A stretch of DNA of 64,000 nucleotides from Candidatus Poseidoniales archaeon. GTDB taxonomy: Archaea; Thermoplasmatota; Poseidoniia; Poseidoniales; Poseidoniaceae. Location of the stretch: NCBI GenBank assembly GCA_003602645.1, contig QQSI01000040.1, positions 4,152 through 68,151 on the forward strand, written 5' to 3'. Positions 52,585 through 61,588 of the stretch are shown here, piece by piece. Below the pieces are notes generated by a model. The model had not been told where the DNA came from. It was given only the letters and a program-made list of their open reading frames with translations, and searched no databases. The translations under genes and the position numbers were made by a program. Positions within the stretch are counted from its first letter, which is position 1. Every line of letters begins with the position of its first letter.

Positions 52585-55506
52585 TCAACGAGAACCCGGT
52601 GTGAAGAAATTCGAATTGACGATGAATTTTCTGAACTCGTCAATCACGAAAACAGAGCCTGAGACGACAAAAATAATCGCCCAATCTGTTGCTGATAAGA
52701 CCGTTGTCGACATCAAGTCACCCACGTGTAAACTGGTGAGTGGTATCCTATGTTCTGCAAGTTGAACAAAGAACATCAATAATCCGAGTGAGAATAAAAA
52801 GGCGTAATTAATCCACTTGTTTGAAAACAAGCCGAGCTTGAACGCACTTTCTCGATTGCTTCGGCAATTCATCACGTTGAACAGTTGATAGACAATAAAC
52901 ACTGAGAACGTCATGGTTTGAGCATGTTGGAACAATTCCTCATTGTTTGTTTCAGAAGCTTGTATTGCAGCAAGTTGTTCTTGAGTGGCCTCGTCTCCCA
53001 TTCGAATACCAAGTTCACATTGGGCGACATCAAAGGGAGCTTCAGCTTCAGTTTGGAGGGGGTGGATGTCACATGTACCAACTCCGCCACCTGCAAGGAA
53101 GAAGACGATGAGCGTCCCAGTGACCATCACAGCACCAAGATAGAAGATCAGTGTGATGTCCCTGAAATTAGGCATGCCTTCATTGACCGGACGCGGTGGT
53201 TGGTTCATGACATCACCATGGTTTTTCTCAACACCTAAGGCAACGGCAGGTGGACCATCCATCAGAATGTTGATGACGAGAATTTGTGTTGCTGTCAAAG
53301 GTAAATTCCAACCAAACAAAAAGGTGGAAATAATGATCAAGGCAACAGCTGCGACGTTGGTAGAGACCTGGTAGCGTACGAAATTTCGAATGTTTTGGTA
53401 GATTTTTCGTCCTTCTTCAACGGCATGAACAATGTTGGCGAAGTTATCATCTTGAAGCACCATGTCGGCAGCATCCTTGGCTACATCTGTACCAGCAATG
53501 CCCATTGCGATGCCGATGTTAGCTCGTGATAAGGCGGGGGCGTCATTGACCCCATCACCCGTCATGGCAACAATTTCACCTTGATCCTGTAGGGAAGAGA
53601 CGATGCGCATCTTCTGTTCTGGTGTGACCCTAGAAAAGATGGAAGCCTGACCGGATGCTTCGCTCAATTGTTGGTCGTCATAATCCGCCAATGCATTGCC
53701 GTTCACAGGAGGTATGCCACCTTCGGTGATGTTCAATTCACGGCCGATGGCTTCCGCAGTGTATTGTTGATCACCAGTGATCATTTTCACCCGGATTCCT
53801 GCGCGCTGACACACTTCAATGGCGTCTTTGACTTCCGCTCTAGGCGGGTCCATGATACCAACAAGGCCGAGGAAAATGAAACTTGATTCAACACTGTCGA
53901 TGTCCTCGATGTCTTCATCATCATCAAGGCGACGGGCGCAGAGGGCAATCACGCGCATGGCTTGGCCTGCCATGTCTTTGTTAGCAATTGAGGCCAGTTC
54001 AAAGTCAGTTTCCTCGATCGGAACAATTTCCCCATCCTTGATTTTCCATTTCACCAGAGAAACATATCCACCAGCTCCGCCTTTCGAAAAGACCCAGCGT
54101 TCGCCTTCATAATCGTGGATAACTGACATTCGCTTCCGATTGGTATCGAAAAAGAATTCATGGAGCCGCGAATGTCGTTGAGCGAATTTCTTCACATCCC
54201 CATTGATTTTCCACCCAAGAACTGCGCATGCTGAGTCTGTTGGATCGCCAAGTGCCTGCCATTGTCCATCAACTTTAGAGATTTGAGAATTGTGACATAG
54301 ACTCAAGCACGCAGCAGAAAGGCGGAAAGCAAGATCGCTTTGATATCCTGAAAGTTCTTCGCCAGTGACAATTTTTCCGTTATACGAAAGTTCACCCTTT
54401 GGTTTGAAACCTTCTCCGGAGATAGTGAATGTGCCATCCGTGGTGGTGAGTTGGCGTGCTGTCATCTGATTCTTTGTGAGTGTGCCAGTTTTGTCAGAGC
54501 AAATGACAGTTGTGGAGCCAAGCGTTTCAACAGCCTTCATTCGTCGAATGATTGCTTTGTGTTTAGCCATATTACGCATACCAAGGGCAAGCGTAATCAC
54601 AAGAATAATTGGCAATCCTTCTGGAACAATAGCCACGAAAATCGCGATGGCTACAATAAATTGTTCAACCGCAACCTCTCGCAAATCCGCTGTCGGGTCA
54701 CCATAAGCAATGATCATCTTGATGGCTACCATGAGTACCGCAACAACAAGCGCTACAATTCCAAGGAATTTGCCCAAGGATTCAAGTTTGTGCTCAAGGG
54801 GGGTTTTCGGTGACTCGGAGCCCACGATATCGCTTGCAATCCGTCCAAGTTCAGTGTTCATTCCTATGTTGACCACAATGCCAACAGCACGTCCAGTGGC
54901 TACACTGGTGCCCATGTAGGCCATGTTATTTCTGTCAGCGAGCAAAGCTTCGCTAGCAATTGGCGCGGTTGTTTTCTTAATGCTGTCAGATTCACCTGTC
55001 AGCGATGACTCATCAATTTTGCATTGATAGGATTCAACCACTCGTACATCCGCTGGCACATTGATGCCTTCCTCGAGTTTGACCACATCCCCGGGAACCA
55101 GGAGGGGGGTTGGCACCTCTTGTTCGACACCATCACGAACAACAATACAGCTTGATACGGCCATTTGTTTGAGTGAATCCATCGCCTGTTCCGCCTGACC
55201 TTCTTGCCAAAATCCGAAAACGGCATTTGCAGTGAGGACTGAAAAAATGAAAATTGCGTCTCCAGGTTGGTCTGGGTGAATGGAAAGGGCAACGAGTGCA
55301 GCACCAATGAGAAGGTAATTGAGTGGATCGTTATATTGGGAGAGAAAACGCAACCAGGCAGGGGTTTTCTCAGGTTCTTGGAGTTTGTTTTCACCATATT
55401 TGGCGCGTCGAACTTCAACCTCGGAAGCACTCAACCCTTCAGGCTGGGTCTCGAGCTTGAGATATGTGTCTTCAGATGTCACATCGTGCCATTGTTGTGT
55501 TGCCAT
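52585..55506 (-). CDS. P-type ATPase, type IIA (Ca2+-transporting, SERCA/PMR1-like)
   Basis: TGES, PEGLP, ICSDKTGTLT, KGAPE-like, MITGD, TGDGVNDAPAL and 10-TM organisation. ATG 55506; the track's upstream start is a TTG at 55518. Confidence 0.9.
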   Translation of the reverse strand: MATQQWHDVTSEDTYLKLETQPEGLSASEVEVRRAKYGENKLQEPEKTPAWLRFLSQYNDPLNYLLIGAALVALSIHPDQPGDAIFIFSVLTANAVFGFWQEGQAEQAMDSLKQMAVSSCIVVRDGVEQEVPTPLLVPGDVVKLEEGINVPADVRVVESYQCKIDESSLTGESDSIKKTTAPIASEALLADRNNMAYMGTSVATGRAVGIVVNIGMNTELGRIASDIVGSESPKTPLEHKLESLGKFLGIVALVVAVLMVAIKMIIAYGDPTADLREVAVEQFIVAIAIFVAIVPEGLPIILVITLALGMRNMAKHKAIIRRMKAVETLGSTTVICSDKTGTLTKNQMTARQLTTTDGTFTISGEGFKPKGELSYNGKIVTGEELSGYQSDLAFRLSAACLSLCHNSQISKVDGQWQALGDPTDSACAVLGWKINGDVKKFAQRHSRLHEFFFDTNRKRMSVIHDYEGERWVFSKGGAGGYVSLVKWKIKDGEIVPIEETDFELASIANKDMAGQAMRVIALCARRLDDDEDIEDIDSVESSFIFLGLVGIMDPPRAEVKDAIEVCQRAGIRVKMITGDQQYTAEAIGRELNITEGGIPPVNGNALADYDDQQLSEASGQASIFSRVTPEQKMRIVSSLQDQGEIVAMTGDGVNDAPALSRANIGIAMGIAGTDVAKDAADMVLQDDNFANIVHAVEEGRKIYQNIRNFVRYQVSTNVAAVALIIISTFLFGWNLPLTATQILVINILMDGPPAVALGVEKNHGDVMNQPPRPVNEGMPNFRDITLIFYLGAVMVTGTLIVFFLAGGGVGTCDIHPLQTEAEAPFDVAQCELGIRMGDEATQEQLAAIQASETNNEELFQHAQTMTFSVFIVYQLFNVMNCRSNRESAFKLGLFSNKWINYAFLFSLGLLMFFVQLAEHRIPLTSLHVGDLMSTTVLSATDWAIIFVVSGSVFVIDEFRKFIVNSNFFTPGSR

Positions 55507-55631
55507 GAAATTCACCAAAGAAGGGAGGACCCTACATTAGGGGGTTCTATATTGGACTTATGATAATAATGGTGGCACTCCCTTCTCTATTGCAGCGATG
55601 TGTTGAACAACTGGCTTGGTTTGGAGACGGT

Positions 55632-57686
55632 ATGAGCGCCGACCATCAGCCGTATATTCCGGCTACTGAATCGCCCAGTGAATTGACACTGCGTGTGATT
55701 GTTGTCGGTATTTTGCTCGGTATTTTGATGACCGCTGCAAATGCCTACCTCGGGCTCTATGCAGGAATGACTGTCTCCGCAAGCATACCCGCTGCCGTCA
55801 TGTCAATGATCATACTACGCGGTATTTTCAACGATGTGAGTATTCTTGAAAACAACGCTGTTCAAACTATGGCAAGCGCAGGAGAGTCGCTAGCGGCTGG
55901 TGTGATTTTTACTGTACCTGCTATGTTGGTGATTGGACTGTGGACTGAAATTCAATGGTTCGATACGCTCATGATCGCCACTCTAGGAGGGCTCTTGGGA
56001 ACGATGTTTACCATCGCCCTTCGACGTCTTTTCATCGTTGAAGAAGCATTACCATATCCGGAAGGTGTAGCATGCCGAGAAGTCTTGGTTGCTGGAGAAG
56101 AAGGTGGCGAAGGAGCATTGGCCATCCTTTACGCTCTAGGAATTGGTGCAATCTATGGACTCATGGTAAAAGGTTTCGAAGTCACTCACCACACGGTTGA
56201 ATCGGCAGTTGGCTTCCTTGGCACACGATTGTATGCTGGAATGGATTTGTCCATTGCTTTGCTGTCAGTCGGTTACATCGTCGGCGTTCGCATTGCTTCG
56301 TTCATTTTCTTGGGAGGTGTCTTGGGGTTCGGACTCCTCGTGCCAATGTACGGGCTCATTCATGGATGGCCGAATTCACCAACGCTCGTCGAAGGGTTTT
56401 ACGACATCTGGGCTGAGCAAATCCGGTATGTTGGAGTCGGTGCGATGGTGGTTGGCGGGGTCTACACCCTTTGGTCAATGAGAAAAACAATCATCACAGG
56501 TCTCTCTAAGGCCTTGATCAAAACAGATGGGGAGGCTGAACAACCCCTTCGTACAGAAATCGATTTGCCTCTAGATAAGGTCATCATGTTTTGTGGGTTC
56601 CTCGTTCTCATGACTTTCCTGTACTATTGGCAAGCAACGGGATCGCTTGGCTTAGCATTCGCAGGGGCACTTTTCCTTGGCGTAGTCGCCTTCTTTTTCG
56701 CTGCAGTTGCAGGTTACATTGCAGGGGTTGTCGGTTCATCCAACTCCCCTGTTTCAGGCATGACCATAGCCACCCTTCTGTTCACCGTAGCGCTTGTGTG
56801 GATTGTTGGGGATTTCATGCTTGGCTTGGGCACTGAGGAACTTATGCTGGCTACGTTGTTAATTGCGGCGGTTGTCGCATCGTCGGCAGCGATCGCTGGG
56901 GACGTGATGCAGGATTTGAAGACCGGCCACATGGTAGGGGCAACTCCTTGGCGGCAACAAGTGGCTGAAATCATTGGTGTGTTAACCGGAGCAGTAGTGA
57001 TTGGACCAACCCTTGCCCTTCTGCACAATGCCTTCCAAATTTCCAAAACCGCATGTGCCAAGACAAATTTGAACCTTGCCGTTGCAGACCAATATGACTG
57101 CAGCAACGCTCTGTTCGCACCACAAGCTGAGTTAATTGGTGCCATCATTCAAGGTGCATTTGGTGGAGAACTTAACCTCCAAATGGTGACGTTGGGAGCC
57201 ATCATCGCCATCGTTTTGATCTATCTAAAAATGCCAGTGATGTCTGTTGCCATTGGAATTTACCTTCCACTGGGCCTTTCAGTTCCGATTATGCTTGGTG
57301 GAATCATATCCTTTTTCGCTTTACGAACGGCGCATTACCGCGTGGACGGACGCCTTGACATGGTCCCTTCGAAAAAGGCGCAACTCGCAGCGAAAGAAGT
57401 TGAAAATCGTGGCGTGCTTATAGGGGCAGGATTCATTGCTGGAGAATCCATCCTCGGAGTGTTCATTGCCGTACTAATTGTGGCCGATATCCGCTTGCCA
57501 GAAATCTTCGGCGTTGTCACCCTCAATGATCTCTTCTCGCTGGTATTCTTTGGATGGTTTGTTGCTGTGTTCATTTGGCTTGCGACCCGAGCCCTTCCAA
57601 AGGGCGGTCATCTGATGAGCGATGCTGTTGTTGTCGCCAGGGATGTTGCCTCGCGATTCAAAGCGGCTTTGTTGCCAGGGAAGTGA
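55632..57686 (+). CDS. OPT-family oligopeptide transporter
   Basis: ELTLRVIVVGILLGILMTAANAYLGLYAGMTVSASIPAAVMSM and SNSPVSGMTIATLL are characteristic of the bacterial/archaeal OPT clade. About 16 TM helices. Start is ATG 55632 or 55560. Confidence 0.85.
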   Translation: MSADHQPYIPATESPSELTLRVIVVGILLGILMTAANAYLGLYAGMTVSASIPAAVMSMIILRGIFNDVSILENNAVQTMASAGESLAAGVIFTVPAMLVIGLWTEIQWFDTLMIATLGGLLGTMFTIALRRLFIVEEALPYPEGVACREVLVAGEEGGEGALAILYALGIGAIYGLMVKGFEVTHHTVESAVGFLGTRLYAGMDLSIALLSVGYIVGVRIASFIFLGGVLGFGLLVPMYGLIHGWPNSPTLVEGFYDIWAEQIRYVGVGAMVVGGVYTLWSMRKTIITGLSKALIKTDGEAEQPLRTEIDLPLDKVIMFCGFLVLMTFLYYWQATGSLGLAFAGALFLGVVAFFFAAVAGYIAGVVGSSNSPVSGMTIATLLFTVALVWIVGDFMLGLGTEELMLATLLIAAVVASSAAIAGDVMQDLKTGHMVGATPWRQQVAEIIGVLTGAVVIGPTLALLHNAFQISKTACAKTNLNLAVADQYDCSNALFAPQAELIGAIIQGAFGGELNLQMVTLGAIIAIVLIYLKMPVMSVAIGIYLPLGLSVPIMLGGIISFFALRTAHYRVDGRLDMVPSKKAQLAAKEVENRGVLIGAGFIAGESILGVFIAVLIVADIRLPEIFGVVTLNDLFSLVFFGWFVAVFIWLATRALPKGGHLMSDAVVVARDVASRFKAALLPGK

Positions 57687-57767
57687 TGTTGAGGCCTGAG
57701 GTCAACCTTTCCGATGCACAAGCATCAAAGGTCGCCCGTTAAGGCCTCAGAATGAGCAGGGACTTAC

Positions 57768-58601
57768 ATGTCAACGAGCATCGAAGAAATTGAAGAGATT
57801 GCACGAAAGTGCAGGGTAGAGATTGTGAAGATGGTCTATCGTGCTCAAGCAGGGCACCCTGGCGGCTCGTTATCTGAAATTGATCTGCTCGCGGCGTTGT
57901 ATGCCACCCGTATGCGCGTTCGACCTGATGAACCAAAGTGGAACGATCGAGACCGATTCATTTTGTCCAAAGGTCACGCCTCACCCGGTATGTATGCCAT
58001 CCTAGCAGAGATGGGGTTCATCAGCCATGAAGATTTGAAATCATACAGGGTTCTTGGTGGCGTCTGCCAGGGCCACGTTGACATGAAGTGGTGTCCAGGG
58101 GTTGATTTCTCCGCCGGATCCCTTGGCATGGGCCTTTCGTTTGGAATGGGTTGTGCTCTTGCGGCTCGACTTGACAACAGCGACCGAAGATCGTTTGTCA
58201 TGATTGGAGACGGTGAAATGCAAGAAGGAAGCGTTTGGGAAGCTGCGATGGCTGCTGCCCATCATGAATTGGGTAATCTCAAGGTGATCCTTGATCGAAA
58301 TCGCATACAAAACGATGATTTTTGTGAGGAACAAATGCGCATGTTCGACATACCTGCAAAGTGGAAGGCTTTCGGCTGGAACGTCAAAGAAATTGACGGA
58401 CATAACATGCAAGAAGTCATGGAAGGACTGGACTTTCTCGAGGCAGAGGAAAATTGCAACGGACCTTCAATCCTGATTGCCCACACCATCAAGGGCGGTG
58501 GAATCTCCTACATGGAAAACAACCCTTCGTTCCACGGAGCAGCCCCCAACGAGGAACAGTACAATCAAGCCATGATCGAACTCGGGGAGGTGAAAGCATG
58601 A
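57768..58601 (+). CDS. Transketolase, N-terminal subunit
   Basis: GHPGGSLS, DRFILSKGHA, GSLGMGLS and IGDGEMQEG (ThDP-binding motif). Confidence 0.9.
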   Translation: MSTSIEEIEEIARKCRVEIVKMVYRAQAGHPGGSLSEIDLLAALYATRMRVRPDEPKWNDRDRFILSKGHASPGMYAILAEMGFISHEDLKSYRVLGGVCQGHVDMKWCPGVDFSAGSLGMGLSFGMGCALAARLDNSDRRSFVMIGDGEMQEGSVWEAAMAAAHHELGNLKVILDRNRIQNDDFCEEQMRMFDIPAKWKAFGWNVKEIDGHNMQEVMEGLDFLEAEENCNGPSILIAHTIKGGGISYMENNPSFHGAAPNEEQYNQAMIELGEVKA

Positions 58602-59533
58602 CCCGAATGGCTGCGACACGCGATGGTTACGGCCAAGCATTGCTCGACCTTGCAGGCAACCCTAAAGTTGTGGTCCTTGAAGCTGATTTAGGAAAGTCAA
58701 CCAAGTCCCTTCACTTCCGAAAAGCACATCCTGAACGAACAGTTTCTTGTGGAATTGGAGAACAAAACATGCTGCTTGTTGGCGCAGGTTTGGCTTCCGC
58801 AGGTTACATTCCATTCGCCAGCACCTTCGCTATCTTCACTGAACGTGCTTTCGAGCAAATGCGGAACGGAGTGGCTCGTCCCAACCTGCCAGTCCACCTT
58901 TGTGGTAGCCACGGCGGTACGCACACTGGCACAGACGGATCCTCCGCACAATCCATTGAAGATCTCGCAGTGTTCCGAACCCTCCCAAACGTTGTGGTGA
59001 TGCATCCCTGTGATGATGTGAGCACACGAGCACTTACTATGCAATTGCCCGCACTTGGAAAACCATCCTACATGCGCACTGCGCGCAACAAAACTCCGGT
59101 GCTCTACGACGGAAGAGAAGCGGAGATTCAAATTGGTAAAGGCGTCGTTTTGGAAGAAGGGACCGATGTGGCCATCATCGCTTGCGGTGTCTTAGTGTCT
59201 GAAGCGCTAAAAGCAGCGGACCAGCTGAAGCAAGAAGGCGTCTCTGCGTGTGTTGTTGACATGCACACCCTCAAGCCTCTGGATGGTGCTTTGATTGACA
59301 GGCTTGTCGAACAGTGTGGTGCACTCGTCACTGCTGAAGATCACAACATCATTGGTGGACTTGGTGGCGCTGTTGCAGAACACCTCGTTTCAAACACCTT
59401 TGCTCCGTTGGAACGGGTGGGCGTCCCTGACCGGTTTGGTGAATCTGGACAAGCTGATGAGATGTTGGAATTGATGCAAATATCTGCTCCACACATTGCT
59501 AAAGCAGCACAGAGAGCGCTCACTCGAAAGTGA
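58598..59533 (+). CDS. Transketolase, C-terminal subunit
   Basis: TRDGYGQAL, GIGEQNM, FASTFAIF and HGGTHTGTDGSSAQSIEDLA. ATG 58598 overlaps the upstream stop (ATGA); the track's longer N-terminus is an out-of-context extension. Confidence 0.9.
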   Translation: MTRMAATRDGYGQALLDLAGNPKVVVLEADLGKSTKSLHFRKAHPERTVSCGIGEQNMLLVGAGLASAGYIPFASTFAIFTERAFEQMRNGVARPNLPVHLCGSHGGTHTGTDGSSAQSIEDLAVFRTLPNVVVMHPCDDVSTRALTMQLPALGKPSYMRTARNKTPVLYDGREAEIQIGKGVVLEEGTDVAIIACGVLVSEALKAADQLKQEGVSACVVDMHTLKPLDGALIDRLVEQCGALVTAEDHNIIGGLGGAVAEHLVSNTFAPLERVGVPDRFGESGQADEMLELMQISAPHIAKAAQRALTRK

Positions 59534-59569
59534 GCCAAGAACCATTAGCGTCATCGTTCACCAATAACC

Positions 59570-59932
59570 ATGCCCGAAACGGACCGACTGGCCCAAACAA
59601 ATCGTGTTCTGGAATCATTCATCCAAGAACGGGATTGGGAACAATTTCACACCGTCAAAAACATCATTGCCTCCATTGGGATTGAAGCGGCTGAATTGGC
59701 CGAAACTGTCCAATGGTCGAATCCCTCGGTTGATGATGCCAAGAAGGATCCAAAACTAATGGAAAATTTGTCTCATGAATTGGCCGATGTAATGCTGTAT
59801 TGTCTCCGATTGTGCAGCATCTTGGGACTCGACCCAATTGATTTGATGAATAAAAAAATCATCCTCAATGGAGAAAAATACCCTGCGGATTTAGTCCGTG
59901 GTTCCTCTGCAAAATACACAGATTATGTATGA
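59570..59932 (+). CDS. MazG-like nucleotide pyrophosphohydrolase (DCTPP1/XTP3TPA-type)
   Basis: FIQERDWEQFHTVKNIIASIGIEAAELAETVQW and ELADVMLYCLRL carry the EExxE/D metal-binding helices. Confidence 0.75.
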   Translation: MPETDRLAQTNRVLESFIQERDWEQFHTVKNIIASIGIEAAELAETVQWSNPSVDDAKKDPKLMENLSHELADVMLYCLRLCSILGLDPIDLMNKKIILNGEKYPADLVRGSSAKYTDYV

Positions 59933-59988
59933 AATCTTTTGAAGGCTGAGGCGCATACTTGATGGAGTGGGTCCGATAACCAATCTTC

Positions 59989-60651
59989 ATGGAGTTCTTT
60001 TTGGACACAGCCGACGTAGATGAAATTCGTGAAATAGCAGCTTGGGGCATCTTAGATGGTGTGACCACAAACCCTTCATTGATCAAAAAGAGCGGTCGCG
60101 ATTTTAAACAAGTCGTTGCAGAAATCGCTTCCATTTGTGATGGCCCAATTTCAGCAGAGGTCACGGCAATGGACACCGAGGGGATGGTGGCTCAAGGCAT
60201 GGCTCTCAAGAATGAACTTCCAGAAAATGTCATCATCAAGATTCCATGCACTCCAGAAGGATTGGCTGCGACTAAAATTCTCACAGAAGCAAACATCAAA
60301 ACAAACGTCACGTTGATTTTTTCTGCGTCCCAAGCGTTGATGGCCGCAAAAGCAGGAGCAACCTATGTCTCCCCATTCATTGGTCGAATCGACGATACAG
60401 GCCATGATGGAATGAACCTTATTGCGGAAATTATGGAAACCTGGAACAATTATCCAACGATCACCACCAAAGTTCTTGCAGCATCCATTCGACACCCCAC
60501 ACATGTGCTTCAGTGCATTCAATTGGGCGCTCATACCGCAACAATGCCAGCAAAGACATTCCGTCAACTCATGACCCATCCATTAACGGACAAAGGACTT
60601 GAAGGATTCATGCGGGATTGGGCCGAAGTCGAAAAGGCTGGAAACGCGTGA
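59989..60651 (+). CDS. Transaldolase / fructose-6-phosphate aldolase (short TalC/FSA type)
   Basis: [29 protein letters not shown] (Schiff-base Lys context) and [11 protein letters not shown]. Confidence 0.9.
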   Translation: MEFFLDTADVDEIREIAAWGILDGVTTNPSLIKKSGRDFKQVVAEIASICDGPISAEVTAMDTEGMVAQGMALKNELPENVIIKIPCTPEGLAATKILTEANIKTNVTLIFSASQALMAAKAGATYVSPFIGRIDDTGHDGMNLIAEIMETWNNYPTITTKVLAASIRHPTHVLQCIQLGAHTATMPAKTFRQLMTHPLTDKGLEGFMRDWAEVEKAGNA

Positions 60652-60731
60652 AGCCGAGCAAATCAAACCGCTATTGGAAAAGGAGGATTCTTGAATGAAG
60701 TCCTCCCCGCTTGTTGTATAGGGGGTACACC

Positions 60732-61307
60732 ATGAGTTCATCGAGAGACCGGCTACAGCAGTTGTTGGATGGTGACCTTTCACCAGAGGACATCGCTGAT
60801 GACCCAGCGCTCGTTAGCCTTGCAGATCGTCTCTACGGAATCAAAATTGCACCTGCTCGCCCTAAAAAGGCGAGGGACATGGTCGACAACCCTGTCTCCG
60901 AAGTGACAGAAGTGGCACCGCCAACTGACATGTTGATCGAGGTCATTGGCGACATTGCCATCGCAGAACCACTCCCTGAGCTCCCATTGGGTGACCTTCC
61001 CGCGATTGCTCCAATTCCTGGAGCCAAAGGGAAAATGAATCCTCTTGTCTATGCTCTAGGGGCAGGTCTTGCATTTGTTGTTGCGAACCTCTTTGGTCTG
61101 TTCCAATCAGTTCTTGGAAACAACTGTCAAGCAAGTGATCTTTGCCCGGCCGACGGTTACACAAGAATGAATTTACTCGATCTTCACAACCTTGACACTG
61201 GTATGGGGTGGTCCCTTCCGTTGCAGGAAGGAGCCTATGGCATCCCGGACCTGGTCGCAGTGCTCGTGCTCACAATTGGCATTGTTGTGCTCATGCGCAG
61301 ATCGTGA
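60732..61307 (+). CDS. Hypothetical membrane protein
   Basis: 191-aa ORF with an acidic/Pro-rich N-terminal half and two TM helices (LVYALGAGLAFVVANLFGLF; LVAVLVLTIGIVVLM). Confidence 0.5.
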   Translation: MSSSRDRLQQLLDGDLSPEDIADDPALVSLADRLYGIKIAPARPKKARDMVDNPVSEVTEVAPPTDMLIEVIGDIAIAEPLPELPLGDLPAIAPIPGAKGKMNPLVYALGAGLAFVVANLFGLFQSVLGNNCQASDLCPADGYTRMNLLDLHNLDTGMGWSLPLQEGAYGIPDLVAVLVLTIGIVVLMRRS

Positions 61308-61312
61308 TTTCA

Positions 61313-61588
61313 ATGATGTTAGAAACACCAACAGAGGTCCTTTCTTACATAGGAATGATGGCAATCCTTGCAGCATTTGTTCTTGAAACTCGCAATGTGC
61401 TTCACAGCAAACAGACCAGCTATCTGGCCCTCATGGCTGTTGGTTCGGCCCTTCTTGGCATCCGAGCTTTGTTGATCGAAGAATGGGCCTTTTTGATCCT
61501 GGAAGCGGCATGGTGTTTTGCGGCGGTGTGGGCCTACATTCAAACTCGACAACCCCAAACATCGACCAAGGAACAAGCGTCATCTTGA
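61313..61588 (+). CDS. Small 3-TM membrane protein
   Basis: MMLETPTEVLSYIGMMAILAAFVLE...YLALMAVGSALLGIRALLIEEWAFLILEAAWCFAAVWAYI. Its stop overlaps the proS ATG (ATGA-type). Confidence 0.45.
   Translation: MMLETPTEVLSYIGMMAILAAFVLETRNVLHSKQTSYLALMAVGSALLGIRALLIEEWAFLILEAAWCFAAVWAYIQTRQPQTSTKEQASS

Noticed and set aside
58454-58597. An N-terminal 48-aa extension of the transketolase C-terminal subunit in the ORF track
   Set aside because: The extension lies wholly inside the N-terminal subunit gene in another frame. The ATG at 58598 gives the canonical MTRMAATRDGYG start with an ATGA overlap.
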